Positions 1-13,046 of a stretch of DNA of 64,000 bases are shown here, piece after piece. Numbering within the stretch: the first letter of the stretch is position 1; every line of letters begins with the position of its first letter. The position numbers and the translations under genes are program-made. A model generated the notes under the pieces. The model was given only the letters and a program-made list of their open reading frames with translations, was not told where the DNA came from and did no database searches. The stretch spans positions 310,001 to 374,000 of the forward strand of contig LSRY02000022.1 of NCBI GenBank assembly GCA_001643675.2, read 5' to 3'. This DNA comes from Monocercomonoides exilis PA203. Its lineage: Eukaryota; Protista; Preaxostyla.

Positions 1-391
1 TCCTTGTGAGCTAACATTTGAAGTTGCAAAAGAAAGAAAAGGAGACGAGCTGAAATGGGTTGAGTGCCCCATCACAGAGTTTGTGGACGAGAAAGAAATG
101 AAAGTGAAGATTCCGAAGGAGCTGCTGGATGTGGATGAGCAAACTTCGGTTATATGTCATTTGTCATATTCGAGCGGAATTACTACAAATGAAAAGAAAT
201 ACACAGAAAACTGGTTTTTGGTTAAGCCGAAAGATAATACGAAGAAATTGACACGTACACAGCTTATAATAATTATTTCTTCAACTTGTGCATTTGCAGT
301 TGTTGCAACTGTAATTGTGGTGATTGTTGTGTGTGCTGTGAAAAGAAAGAAGAAAAGAGAATACAAAGAAATTAAAGATGGGACCAAATAA
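1..391 (+). CDS. 3' end of a single-pass type-I membrane protein (5' truncated by window)
   Basis: The frame of ORF 83..391 is open from the window start. Hydrophobic helix LIIIISSTCAFAVVATVIVVIVVCAV is followed by the basic stop-transfer KRKKKR and a short tail EYKEI; TAA at 389-391. Confidence 0.75.
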   Translation, partial: PCELTFEVAKERKGDELKWVECPITEFVDEKEMKVKIPKELLDVDEQTSVICHLSYSSGITTNEKKYTENWFLVKPKDNTKKLTRTQLIIIISSTCAFAVVATVIVVIVVCAVKRKKKREYKEIKDGTK

Positions 392-1618
392 AAATGAGGA
401 TAATATTAATCTATGCGCGTTACAAATGTTAATTTCCTTTCATTACTGAATGTTCAATGAAAGAGAATTAAAAGGAAAATTGCATTCATTCGGATTTAAC
501 TATTCTTTTATGTTATTTTTTGATTTCAAAGAATGGTCAATTTTTTATGAATGTAGAGAGTGTTTTATTTATTGCTGTTGTTGATCATTTATACATTAGT
601 TTGATTTGATTTCAGTTTTATTTTTTGTTATTATTGAGTTTACAATACATATAAGTACAAAGATTTTGTATTATTATTATTACAGAAATTATTTTGACTC
701 ATATTAAAAAGAAAGTTGCTGTTTAGGTTATATTTTTTAAAGAGTTAATTTTGAATTATGAATCTTTTTAAGTTTATTCTCATTTATCTCATCGAGAATG
801 AGCATCAATATATGTTTTTGACTTTGCTTTATATTTTTTTTTAATATTATTTATCAATAATTATTTTTGAAAAAGAATTTTTGTAATAATATGTGAGATT
901 TCGTTAATGAATGAATTATTCACTTACAAAAAAATGAAAGTTTATTTTCCATTAAGTTAAGTGCAAATCAAAATTATCTTTTCATTAAAAAGCAAAATTA
1001 TTTCGAACAAGTCATCTCAATAAACAGACTCGCAATTCTTGATTAATAATTTTCATAAAAAGTTAAGAATATTTTTTTTTTTTTTTGTTCAATTCAAATG
1101 ATGTGAAAGTGAAAACAGAAAAATAAAACTTTTAAATTTTTATTTTTATTATAATTATTTTTCGTTTTTAATATTATTTTATTTTTTTTTTTTATTTATT
1201 TTTTTTTTTTTTTTTGGCACAAGAATAATTCGAAAATATATTTATTTCACTGCATTAAAAGTGTGATGCTTTAATTCATCATCCTTTTTTTTTTCAGAAG
1301 TTTGAATGTGAATCATTTGTTTGGTATTAGAGAATAGCAACTTAATAATATATTTCAAACTTTCTTACCAATCTTCGTCTCTCGATTATTCTAGATTGTT
1401 TAAAAAAAAAAAAAAAAATAAGAAATTTCAAAGAGTAAAATGCTCAACATTTATTATTAAAAGAAAACATTTGATGCTAAAAACAAATTCTCGTTATGAA
1501 AATTGTTCAATTTCAATAACAAAATACACAAATTTTGCATTTTCTCTCTTTTTGTTTAGAAATTTTTTTCTTATATATGAAAATATGAAGAATTCAATTT
1601 AAAAAAATTTTGGTAGTA

Positions 1619-1879
1619 GGTGTTTATTATTGAAATCATAATTTTTCGAACAAAAATTAAGGTTTGACAATTTTGTTTTGAATGATTGCTAATGAACAAA
1701 GAAATGCTATTGCACCTATTTATAACATATCTATCACACTTTTTTGTGATAAATTAGATTCAAATATGACTGAAATGAATTGCACATTTCTTAAGTGAAT
1801 CAATTTTAAATGACAGTGAATTTTTTTTTTTAAAAAAAACATCACTCAAAAAAATATTATGATTTCAAAATTAATCACC
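1619..1879. repeat. Degenerate palindrome, probable old MITE/foldback relic
   Basis: ggtgtttattattgaaatcataat (1619) pairs imperfectly with attatgatttcaaaattaatcacc (ends 1879). Inner pair aagaaatg/catttctt and central hairpin tatcaca-ctttt-tgtgata near 1732-1751. Confidence 0.5.
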
Positions 1880-2264
1880 CATGTAGAAAATAAAATCAAG
1901 AATTTTTTGAAGTTTTATAATTTTGTCAGAAAGCATTTGACACCCAATAAAAATAATTAGATTTTTTTTTTTAATTTGTTTTAAAATAAGAATTTGCACA
2001 ACGGCTTTTCAATTTGAATAAATAATATTTGACAAGTTTTTAATAACTTATCAGTGAATTGTATTATTCACTTTATTTTGATAATGTGTTTGTCATAGGA
2101 GAAAATTCAAAATTAAAATCGTTTTCCAACAACAACAAACTTTTTCTTTGTTTATTGAATGTGTTTCGAAACAAACATATTATATTAAGAAGACCATATT
2201 ATGATACTAACTTGAAGTCATTATTGTGATTGATGTGTGATATACTGTGATTGAACGAGTATTG

Positions 2265-3060
2265 GGGTTATAAAAATTTAAATGGGTTATTCCTTTTGAA
2301 AAGCCTCAAATAAAAAATATCAGTGTTTTATAAAAATGTCCCTCACATGATCGTTTTTTTCTTTAAATCCAACAAATATCTCCACTGTGAACTTCATCTC
2401 ACATATTAAAGGTCTGTTTATTCAAATTTTCTTAATTATATAATTTTCTGGATAAATTGCGAAAATGATCAAATTAGGCTTGATTTTACATAATCCAGAT
2501 GTCAAACGTTTTTGTTTTTTATTGAAGATTATCCGATATTCAATCGTTCCATATAAAAAAAATTATAAATAATATTTCAATCTCGGAAATCATCTTTGGA
2601 GAAAATGACATTTATTTGAGTAATACACTTTGAAAATTCTAATCTTCACTATCAAAAAAGGTTATTAAAAAGGAACAATTTTTTAATTTTTATTGGATGC
2701 CTTTTAATAGAATAATTGTAAACGTTCAGAAAAATTTTTGGATTAAACAACAATTTTTTCTTAACTGTTCCAATCAGCATTTGATCAAAAAAACTGCATT
2801 ATCTGTCCGAAAATTATGTGAACAAATCAAATATTTATTTTAAAGATTCTAAATAGTTGAGTTGAATAAAATATAGCAAAAAAGAATTATTTATCCTTAA
2901 AATGAATCACTAATAATTTTCGAAAAGAAAATCTTCAATTTTATTTTTTAATAAAGCAGTGAATATGTTGAAATTCAAAAGTTTGATTTGTTGGATTTCA
3001 TACTGACACATATAAATAATAAATGCAAAAAACCCAGTTAACTATTATTTTTATAAATTG
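2265..3060. repeat. Long degenerate inverted repeat (~800 bp), probable foldback relic
   Basis: Nested complementary pairs: ttataaaaat..tgggtt / aaccca..atttttataa; aaatccaacaaat (~2365) / atttgttggattt (~2987); ataattttctgga..tgatcaaat (~2440-2475) / atttgatca..tccgaaaattat (~2779-2817). Confidence 0.5.
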
Positions 3061-3160
3061 TCTGAATTGGATCCTTTTTGATTCAAAATATCCGTCTTTC
3101 CTCAATTTTTTGAATTCAACAATTTAACATGTGACATATGACATTAAAATGCATGAAGTG

Positions 3161-3264
<104 letters not shown>

Positions 3265-3470
3265 CCTTTTTTTTATTTCATATTTCTCAATTATAGATGT
3301 GCATATTGAAAAGAAAATTATCATTAAATAAAAAATGGATTAATTCACTCAATTTAATTCGAACAAAGAATAAGTCTGGGTAAAACAAACTATTTAAATA
3401 AAGATTCAATTCACAAAGAAATAAACAATATTATTTATGTTTTTTTATTTCTAAAATAAACTTGAAATTG

Positions 3471-4318
3471 ATGGGTGAAGTTATGGTACAAAGATCAAAC
3501 ATTTTGATCATGGATGGAGAAGAAGATAAAATCATAGAGTATCTCCTTAAGGTTGGTACTAATTTTATAAGTTAATGCATTTACTTAATAAATGTTTATA
3601 ATTTTGAAGGTTCTTGTTGTTGGAGACCTTGGAGTGGGGAAAACAAGCTTAATTCAAAGATATGTGCATAACATTTTTAACAGGGAATACAAGGCAACCA
3701 TCGGAGTAGATTTTGCATATAAGTTAATTCAGATAAGTCATAATAAAGTTGTTCGACTACAGCTATGGGATATCGCTGGTCAGGAGCGATTTGGAAATAT
3801 GACACGTGTTTATTACAGAGAGGCTGTTGGGGCTATGATTGTATTCGACCTAACACGGCACGGAACTCTTGAAACAGTTAAAAAATGGAAGGCAGACATT
3901 GACGCAAAAGTTAGATTACAAGATGCTCACGAGTCTCCAATACCTGTTGTTCTGTTGGCAAATAAGGTTTATACAAGTTTAATAGAAGAAAAAGTTTTCT
4001 GTTTCTGTTTCTGTTTCTGTTTCTTTTTTGTTTTTCTTTCTTCATTAGTGTGATATGATCCAAGGATCAATAAATCCTGGGCAATTAGATGCATATTGCC
4101 GTGAAAATGGCTTTGTGAAATGGTTTGAAACATCAGCAAAAGATGGAACAAATGTTGAAGAAGCAGCAAACTATCTTGTTCGTAAAATTCTGGAAACAGA
4201 ATCGCAGAGCCCTCCCCCAGAAGGACCATCTTCAGATACAGACGAAGTTCACCTTGATCCGAAAAACCATACCGATTCAGATGATGGCTCGTCAGAGAAG
4301 CGCAACTGCGCATGCTGA
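3471..4318 (+). CDS. RAB32: Rab32/38-subfamily small GTPase, 3 exons (3471 or 3510..3551, 3610..3966, 4049..4318)
   Basis: GDLGVGKTS P-loop, YKATIGVDF switch I, WDIAGQERFGNMTRVYY (the Ile in WDIAGQE typifies Rab32/38/7L1), ETSAK and C-terminal CAC prenylation motif. GT-AG introns 3552-3609 and 3967-4048 restore EYLLK|VLVVG and NK|CD. Confidence 0.9.
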
Positions 4319-5070
4319 AGATATTAAAAGAACAAAATAATATCAGATAATCATTCACCACATCACAATAATTCACAAAGTCTTTCATTTCTTTTATAAC
4401 GCTGATGAATCTTTTTTGGTAAACTCTCTCTTGTTTTCGAGTGTTTCCGCTTCCTTTCTTGATGATTTGCTGAAGAGTATGAGGCTCTTGAGATGAACAA
4501 TGCTGTTTTGTATGTTTTTATACAATAAACTTTCTCATTGTAAAGGAAATATTTTTTTTTTACAAAGTCCAAATGTTGTGTTGCGATATTCAATGGAAGT
4601 TTTAAGAACACATTTGGGATGTTGAAGGATATTTGATTGAAGAATAACTTTTGATAAAATTTCGTTTGGAAAAAAGATAATTTAAAAAAAATAAAAGAAA
4701 AAAAAATTATTAAGTAATTTTTAAAAATGGAAAAAAAGAATTTTGTAGTTCGATATTCCCTTTCTGAAATTATAAATTAGCCATTTCCTTATTCAATTGA
4801 ATATTTCCCTCCTGAAAAGAAAATTGAGAACAATTCTAAATGCAACAATTACTACTTTGATCATTAACGAAAACGAAATATTAAGAATAAATAAAATTTA
4901 CCAATAATAAACTAAAAACAAAACAAATAAATAACGAATTAAATAAATTACATAAAAGAAGAATTTGAAATTATTTTAAGTTTCAAAATAAAAAATAAAA
5001 TAATAAAAATAAAAAATAAAAAATAAAATAAAAAATTAAAAATGAAAATAAAATAAAAAATTAAGAATAA

Positions 5071-5101
<31 letters not shown>

Positions 5102-5147
5102 TTAAATAAAAATGAAAAAAAAAAGAAAAATTAATAAAAAAAAAATC

Positions 5148-5871
5148 TCAAAGTTTAACAGCATCTTCTGTTTTGGAGTTACTTCGCAGAATTTGTTTGT
5201 GTCTGCCTCGGAAACCTCTTTTTGAGTGTTTGCGAGTGGAAAGAGAAGAAGAAGAAGAAGGAGAAGAGGAAGAAAGAGAAGAAGAGGAAGAGGAAGAAGA
5301 GGAGAAAGAAGACGAAGGAGAAGGAGAATGAGAAGAAGAATTTGCTTGAGGAAGAGAAGAAGAAGAAGAGGAGGAGGAGGAAGAAGAAGATTTAGAGGAA
5401 GAGGAAGAGGGAGAGGAAGAGGAGGGAGAAGAAGAAGAAATATTCGAAGAAGAATTCGAAATAGATGAAGGAAGAGGAAGAGGAAGAGGAGAAGAAGGAA
5501 GATCTTGTTGAACAGATGGTGAAATGGAAGAAGAAGAAGACAAAACAGTTGAAGAAGGAGGAGTAAGAGAAGATGAAAGGGAAGAAGAAGAAGAAGAAGA
5601 AGAAGAAGAATGAGAAGAAGAAGAAGAAGAATTTTCAAGCATTTTTTGAGCGTTTTCTAATATTTCAATTGAATTTTCGCTTTCTTTCTTCTTCTTCTTT
5701 TCATTCAATTTTTTGTCATCTTTAACATTTTCAGCATTTTCAGCATTTTCAGCATTTTCTTCTTCAATCAACGCAATTTCTGTTGAATTGTGCGAAATTT
5801 CTGTGTTTTCTGATGTTTTGAGGAAGGAAAGAGAAGAAGAAGAAGAAGAAATTAGATTAGAAGAAGAAGAG

Positions 5872-5903
<32 letters not shown>

Positions 5904-8900
5904 AGAATTTGAAGAAGATAAAGAAGATGAATCAGTGGTTGTAAAAGAAGATGAAGAAGATGAAGAAGATGAAGAAGATGAAGAAGAGGAAGAAGAGGAA
6001 GAAGAAGGAGAAGAAGGAGAAGAAGAGGAAGAAATCGAAGAAAAAGAGAAAGAAGGAGGGACAGGAGAAGAAAAAGCAGATGAAGGAGGAGAAATCGAAT
6101 CATCAATTGTTATTATCATTGTGGAAGAAGGAGAAGGAGAAGGAGAAGAAGAAGAAGAAGGAGGAGGAGGAAGAGGAAGGTATTGCGAATTTGATTGCAA
6201 ATGAAGATGATGTTCATTTTCTTTGCCTTTTTCACTTTCTTTATCGCTTTCTTTCTCTTTCCCTTCTTCATCATTTTCCTCCTCTTCTTTCTCCTCCTCT
6301 TTCTTCTCTTTTAGCTCGTTCTCTTTCTCTTTCTCTTTCTCTTTCTCTTTCTCTTTCTCTTTCTCTTTCTCTTTCTCTTTCTCTTTCTCTTTCTCCTGCT
6401 TCAAAAGCACAAAATGTTTTGTTTCGTGATTGGGAAGTTTGATTGGGATGGGATTGGAAAGAAGAATGGGTTTAGTTGAAGAAGAAGAAAGAGAAGAAGA
6501 TGAAGAAGAAAGAGAAGAAGAAGAAGAAGAATGAGAGGAAGAAGAAGAAGGAGAAGAAGAAGAAAGAGAAGAAGAAGAAAGAGAAGAAGAAGAGGAGGAA
6601 GAAGAAAGAGAAGAAGAAGAAAGAGAAGAAGAAGAAATAGAATTAATATAATTATTAATGTTATTATTATTGGTGGTGGGTTTGGGGATGAGGGGGTGAG
6701 AAGGAGAAGGAGAAGGCGAAGGAGAAGAAGATGATGATGAAGAAATAAAAGAAGAGGGAGAAGAAAGAGAAGGAGGAGGAGGAGAAGAGGAAGAAGATGA
6801 AAAGGAAGAGGAAGAAGGCGAAATAACAATTGAAGTTAAAGACGATTTATCTTCAGAAGAAGAAGAAGATAATGAAGAGGAAGGAATAGAAGAAGGAGGA
6901 GAAGGAGAAGAAGAAAAAGAAGGAGAGGAGGAGGAGGAGGAGGAAGAGGAAGAATGAGAAGATGCTGATGATGAAGAACTTGAAGATGCAGTTGATGCTG
7001 GAGGAAGAGAAAATTGTTGAGATGGAATAGAAGAAGGAGAAGAAGAAGGAGAAGGAGAAGGAGAAGGAGAAAGAGAAAGAGAAAGAGAAGGAGAAGAACG
7101 AAGAGGCAAAGGTTTAGAAGAAGAAGAAGAAGAAGGGGAAGAAGAGGAAGATAAATGAACAGAAGAAGGAGAAGAAGAGGAAGAGGAAAAAGAAGAAGAA
7201 GAGGAGGAGGAAGAAGAAGAATTATTGTTAATTTGTCTTCTTTGCACATAAGCCATGCGTTTATTGATCTGCTTTTCTGGTTTATTCATTTTATTCTTCT
7301 TTTCTTCTTCTTCTTCTTCTCTTTCTCCTCCTCCTCCTTCTCTTTCTTCCTTTTTCTTCTTTAAATGCAACACTTGCAAAGGTTTGTGTGTTTCAATGAA
7401 GAAATCGTTTTTGTCTTCCATTTTTCGCAAAGCAGAAAGAATGAGAGGCTGAATGAAGGAGAAGAAGAAGGAAGAGAAGAAGAAGAAGGAGGAAGAAGAA
7501 GGAGGAGAAGAGGAGGAGGAGGAAGAAGAAGAAGGAGGAGAAGAGGGGGAGGAGGAGGTAGAAGAAGAGGGTAGAGGAAGAGAAGAAATAGAGCTTGAAA
7601 AAGGAGAAGGAGAAGGAGAAGAAGAAGAAGAGGAAGAAGAAATAAGTTTATTTTTATTTTCATGAGAAGAAGGAAAAGAACTATTGATTGAAGGAAGAGG
7701 TGGAAGAGGAGGAAGAGAAGGAAGAGAAGAAAGAAGAGAAGAAGAAGAAGAAGAAGAAGAAGAGGAAGAATTTGATGAATCAAAAGAAGAAGAAGAAGAA
7801 GAAGAAGAAGAAGAAGAAGAAGAAGAAGAAGAAGAAGAAGAAGAAGAAGAAGAAGAAGAAGAAGAAGAAGAAGAAGAAGAAGAGGAGGAGGAGGAGGAGG
7901 AAGAAGATAAAGAAGAAATATGATTATTATTATTATTATTATTAAGAGGAAGAGGAAGAGGAAGAGGAAGAGGAAGAGAAGGAGAAGGAGGAGGAGGGGG
8001 AAGAGGAGGAGAAGAAGGGGAGATAAAATTTGATTGAAGTGAAAGAGAATCTGAAGTGATATTTGAATAAGAATTTGCGTTTGAAATAGAAATGGAAGAG
8101 GAAGAAGAAGAAGAAGAAGAAGAAAGAGGAGAAGAAGACGAAAGAGGAGGAGGAGAAAGAGGAGAGGAAGAAGAGGAAGAATGCGAAGAAGGAGAAATGG
8201 AATCAATATCAGAAGAAGAAGAAGCAGAAGATGAAGAAGATGAAGAAGATGATGATGATGAATTTAAATTATTAGAAGAAGAATAAGAAGAAGATTTTGA
8301 AGAAGAAAGAGGACGAGAAGAAGAAGAAGAAGAAGATGATGATGATGATGAAAGTATTTCAGAATTATTTCTTTCTCTTTCATTTTCTGCTTGTTTTGAA
8401 GCAAAAAACAGATGAAGAAGAGTGGAAATTGATTCTTCTATCTTTTTCAGGGCATTTGAAGCTAAATGAGAGAGAGGAGGAGAAAGAGATGGAGGAGAAG
8501 AGGAAGAGGAAGAAGAAGAAGAAGAAGGAGAAGGAGAAGAAGAGGAAGAAGAAGAAGAAGAAGATTTTGAAATGAATTTGTTTGAATAAGAGGAGGAGGA
8601 GGAGAAAGAAGAAGAAGGGAAAGAAGAAAGAAAGGAAGAAGAAGAAAGAAAAGAAGAAGAAGACAACCAATCAGAAATAGAAGAAGAATAAAAAGGATTA
8701 ATTTTCTGTTTATTTGGATGTGACAATGAATTTCTTGATTTAATTATGATTTTATTATTATTATTATTATTATTATCGTTATTTTCATTGAAAATTCTAT
8801 TTATTCCTCTTCCTTTTCCTTCTTTTTCTCTTTCTCCTTCTCTTTCTCCTTCTCCTTCTCCTTCTCCTTCCCCCTTTCCCTCTTCTCCCTCATCTTCTCC

Positions 8901-10837
8901 TTCTCCTTCTTCTCCTTCCTCTCCCTCTCTCCTCCTCCTCCCCCTTCTCTTCATCTCCTCTGTTTCTATCTCTTCCCCTCCAAACACACAATCTTCACAC
9001 ATCTTCGCCCTCTTCCACTGCCTTTCGCACTCTTCTTTCGCCATTTTCCCCACAAAAAGAAAATTTTCTATGTTTTTTTGACTCAACAAATTCGAATATA
9101 ACTTTTCGTTTTCAATTATTCCATTGATAATCTCATCTTCTTTATCTTCTTCTTCTTCTTCTCTTTCTCTTTCTCTTTCTCTTTCTCTTTCTCTTCCTTT
9201 CTCCAACAATTTTTCCTTCTCTTTCATTTCCTTCTCCCTTTCCTCCTTCTCCTTCTCCTTCTCCTTCTCCTTCATCATCTTCATCTTCATCACCAACCTC
9301 ATCCTCTTCCTAACTCTTTCTTCCCTCTTCTCCTTCTCCTCCTTCCTCGCCTTCCTCACCATCTCCATCGTCCTCCTCCTCCTCTCCCCTTCTTTCCTCT
9401 CCCACCTCCTCCTCTCCCTCCCCCGCAACACACTCACATTTATTTCTTCATTCCCCATCTTCGCCCCATCAAATCTCTCCACAAACTTTTCTGCATCGAT
9501 TTCGCTGCTGAAATACAGCTGTGTGTGAAGATAATCGCGAAACAAGGCAATTACTCCTGGCTGTGACAGCCACAGGGAGAAAACGGGCTCATAGAGAGCA
9601 AGAGAAGGGGTGAGGAGGGCGTGGGAGCAGATGACAAGGGTGGAGGAGGAGAAAAGGGAGGAGGAGGAGGAGGAAGAGAAGGAGAAGGGAGAAGAAGAGA
9701 AGAAGGAGGAAGAGGAGGAGGAAGAGGAAGAAGAAGAAGAAGAAGAAGAGTTTGGGAGAGGGAGAATGGGGAAAGAAGAAGAGGAAGAAGAGGAAGAGGT
9801 GGAAGTATAAGAAGAAGGAGAAGGACGAAAGAAGATGGGTTTGACTGCAGAAGAAGAAGAAGAGGAGGAGGAAGAGGAAGAGGATGAAGAAGATGCTGAT
9901 GAAACAGAACTTGAACGAGAACGAGAACGAGAACGAGAAGAAGAATATGAGGACGAGGAGGATGTGGAAGAGGGAGAAGAAGAAGAAGAAGAAGAAGCAT
10001 ATCTTGATCCAATGAATGAACCAGAATTTCTTCTGTTTCGATGTCTCAGTCTATGTGAGTGCAAATGATGATGATGATGATTTTGATGATTTTGATGATG
10101 TTTATGAAGAGAATCATTAGAACCAAAAGAATTAAAATTTTTCATTGTTTTTAAATTTTTCATTGTTTTCATTGAATTCACTGCATTTGGATCGAGAAGA
10201 GGGTGCTTTCTTGGCCTTCCTCTTCTCTTTTTCGGCTCTGTTGTTTGTGACTGAGACAAAGAAGAAGGAAAAGAAGAGGAAGGAAAAGAAGAAGGAGGAA
10301 AAGGAGAAGAGAAAGAAGAAGGAGAAGAAGAGAAAGAAGAAGGAGAAGAAGAGGAGGAAGAGGAAGAAGAAGAGTAAGAATTAGGTTGAGTGTTAATTTG
10401 ATTGTTAATTTGTTGAGAAATCAACAATTTCTGCTTTTCTGCTTCAATTTCTGCTTTTTTCCTTCTCCCTCTTCTTCTTTGGGGAGGTGCAAATGTTATA
10501 AGAGAAGAAGAAGAAGAAGAAGGTGAAGAAGAAGATAAAGGTGAAGAAGAAGGGATAAATGTGTTTATAATTTGTTTTCCATTTGAAGAAGAAGAGGAAG
10601 AAGAGGAAGAAAGAGAAAGAGAAGAAGAAGAAGAAGAAGAATTGCTTTCTTCTGTTTTTCTCTGTACTGGTTCGCCAATAGCATCATTTTGTTTCTCTTC
10701 TTCTTTTTCTTGTTTTGCTTCTGGCTTCTCTTCCTCCTTCTCTTTGTTCTCAGACTTCTCTTCCTCTTTAACTGCCTCTGGTTTCTTTTCCTCTGTTATT
10801 TCCTTCATATTTTCATTCTCTTCTTCTTCTTCTTCCC

Positions 10838-10868
<31 letters not shown>

Positions 10869-12722
10869 TTCTCCTTCTTCTTCTTCCTCTCCAAATTCCA
10901 TTTCATTTATGCTTCTTCTTCTTCTTCCTCTTCTCCCTCTTCTTAATTTTTGTTTTTCCCCTTCCTCTTCTCCTTCTCCTTCTCCTTCTCCTCCTTCTTC
11001 TTCAACCACCAATTTTTCCGGCTTCTTCAAAAACATCACGAAATCTTCGTCTTTCTCTTTCTTCCTCTTTTTCTTCTTTTTCTTTTTCTTCTTCTTCTTC
11101 ATTTCCATTTTTTCCATACCAAAAACATTTGCTATTTTAATTTCTTCTTGTTCTGATTTTATTCCTCTTTTTTCGGTTTCTTCTTCCATTTCTTCTTCTT
11201 CTTCTTCATCATCTTCTTCTTCTTCCTCATCATCTTCTCCTTCTTCTTCTCCTCTTCCTTTCCCTTCCATTTCTCTTCCTTCTCTTCCTTCTTCTTCTCC
11301 CTTCCTCCTCCTCTTCCTCTTCTCAATCTCCTCTTCCTCCATCACTTCTATCTGTGTTCTTTTATTCCATCTGCTTTTGTTCTCTTTCGGTTGAATCGCC
11401 ATCTTCTTCGGCCTTCCTCTCTTTTTGACTGGAGGAGGAGTGGAGAAGGAGAAGGAGACAGGGACAGTTGAGGGAGAAGAAGAAGAAGAAGAAGAAAGAG
11501 AAGAAGAAGAAGAAGAGGAAGAAGAAAGATTAGAAGGAGGAAGAGGTGAAGATGATGAGGAAGAGGAAGGCAGAATATATACGAATTGATTTGGTGATTG
11601 AAGGGGAGATGAGGGAGATGAAGAGGAAATGGCGATAATGTTAGAAGATGGAGAAGAATCAGAAGAAATGGGCCGAGAAGAAGAAATAGGATATGGAGGA
11701 GGAGGAAGGGGAAGAGAAGAGTAAGGAAGAGAAGCAGAAGAAGAAGAAGAAGCATTAGCAACAGTAGCAAGAGAGGCAGAAGCTGTCGCTGTTATTGAAG
11801 GGCTTGCCATTTCTTGTTTGAATGGCTGGCCAAATTTGATTTCTCCTTCAATTTTTGAAGGGATTTGAACAGGTTGAATGAATGCTCGTTGGAAAACACG
11901 TTTATTATCAATTTGGCTTGTTATTCCATGTTCGGAAACATCTTTGAAAATTGCATCATCTCCTGCATTTTTATGATCTCCAATTTCTTTGTTTTTCATG
12001 GCTGTCATTTTATTGTCTCGCAAATCATTATTTTTCGAAAATTCATTTTTTCCATCTTTTTCATTATCCTTCACATAAATTGGTCTTGAATGCTCTTCCC
12101 CTTCCCTTGGGATGTACACGCTTTTATTCTGATTTCTATCGTTTAATACGTTTGTTTCACTGCTTTTTAAAGCAAGCTTCTCTTTTTGTTTCGTAGTTAT
12201 ACGTGTTCTTGATCGTTCTCGGCGTAATGAATTATTTTTATTGTATTGGCGACTCTTTGCAGCTTCAACGGAAGAATAAGGCTTAGGAAATACAGGTGGA
12301 TATTTGATCGAAGTTATGTCATGTATTTTCCGTGGAGGTGTTGGTGTAGTATTTGCTGCTAAGCTTTGAAGAGATGATAATTGTTTCATGACATTTAAAT
12401 TATAGAAACCAAATTTGTCAGGTGAGGCGTTGTAATAAAGCATATTTGTATTATAATTTGTATACCCAGGTATGGCTGAAAATTGATTTATTTCAGTGAA
12501 AGAATTTGTTTTTATTTTTTCATCTTTTTTATCAAACACAACACCAGGTTGAACAATCGGAATGAAATTTGAAAAATTTTGTGCTCCAATAATTCCACTT
12601 TGTTCCATGCGGTCCATGGGCATTAAAACCATCGGTTGTCCTCTTCCCCCAAAAATTCTTTGATTTTCAAGCACATCTTCTCTTCTCTTCATGCCAGTTT
12701 CAATTGATATTTGTTCTAACAT
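5148..12722 (-). CDS. 2524-aa low-complexity (poly-Ser/Glu/Pro) probable nuclear protein with AT-hooks and a divergent RRM-like domain
   Basis: Uninterrupted 7.5-kb ORF. KKRGRPKK (~11403-11426) and KKRRGRPRK (~10205-10231) are AT-hooks, plus an RRRGRRKK variant. Segment TLVIC...QLYFSSEIDAEKFVERFDGAKMGNEEINVSV (~9425-9640) fits the RRM beta3-alpha2-beta4 pattern. Confidence 0.65.
7786..7881. repeat. Pure (GAA)32 tract encoding poly-Ser on the minus strand
   Basis: Longest perfect triplet run in the window, inside the 2524-aa ORF. Confidence 0.9.
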
Positions 12723-13046
12723 TTCATATAATTAATATAATTTTATTCATTATCACATTAATAATTGATACTAAATGGTAAGCAAACCATTTTGCTGAAT
12801 AATTTATTAAATATTTGATTTAATAAAAATCAATTTTCAAAAATATAATTGAAACAAAAATATTATGAAAAATTCATAGAAATAAAGGTAAAATTAAATT
12901 AAATTTTAACCTGCTCTTTTGAATTTAAGAGAGTGCTCATCAAAAGAGTACGACACAAAATATTGCTTTCAACACAGATATTATGGAACAAATATTCGAA
13001 AATAGATGGGATAAACGATCTTCCATCGAATTTTAAAGAGAGATTT
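12723..13046. promoter_or_regulatory. Short divergent intergenic region, candidate bidirectional promoter
   Basis: 324 AT-rich bp separate the ATG of the minus-strand gene (12722) from the predicted Sec8 ATG (13047). Positional evidence only. Confidence 0.35.

Noticed and set aside
5102-11770. Many poly-Leu, poly-Glu, poly-Lys/Arg and poly-Phe ORFs on both strands (also across 14-21 kb)
   Set aside because: Shadow frames of TCT/GAA microsatellite coding, which lacks stop codons in alternative frames.
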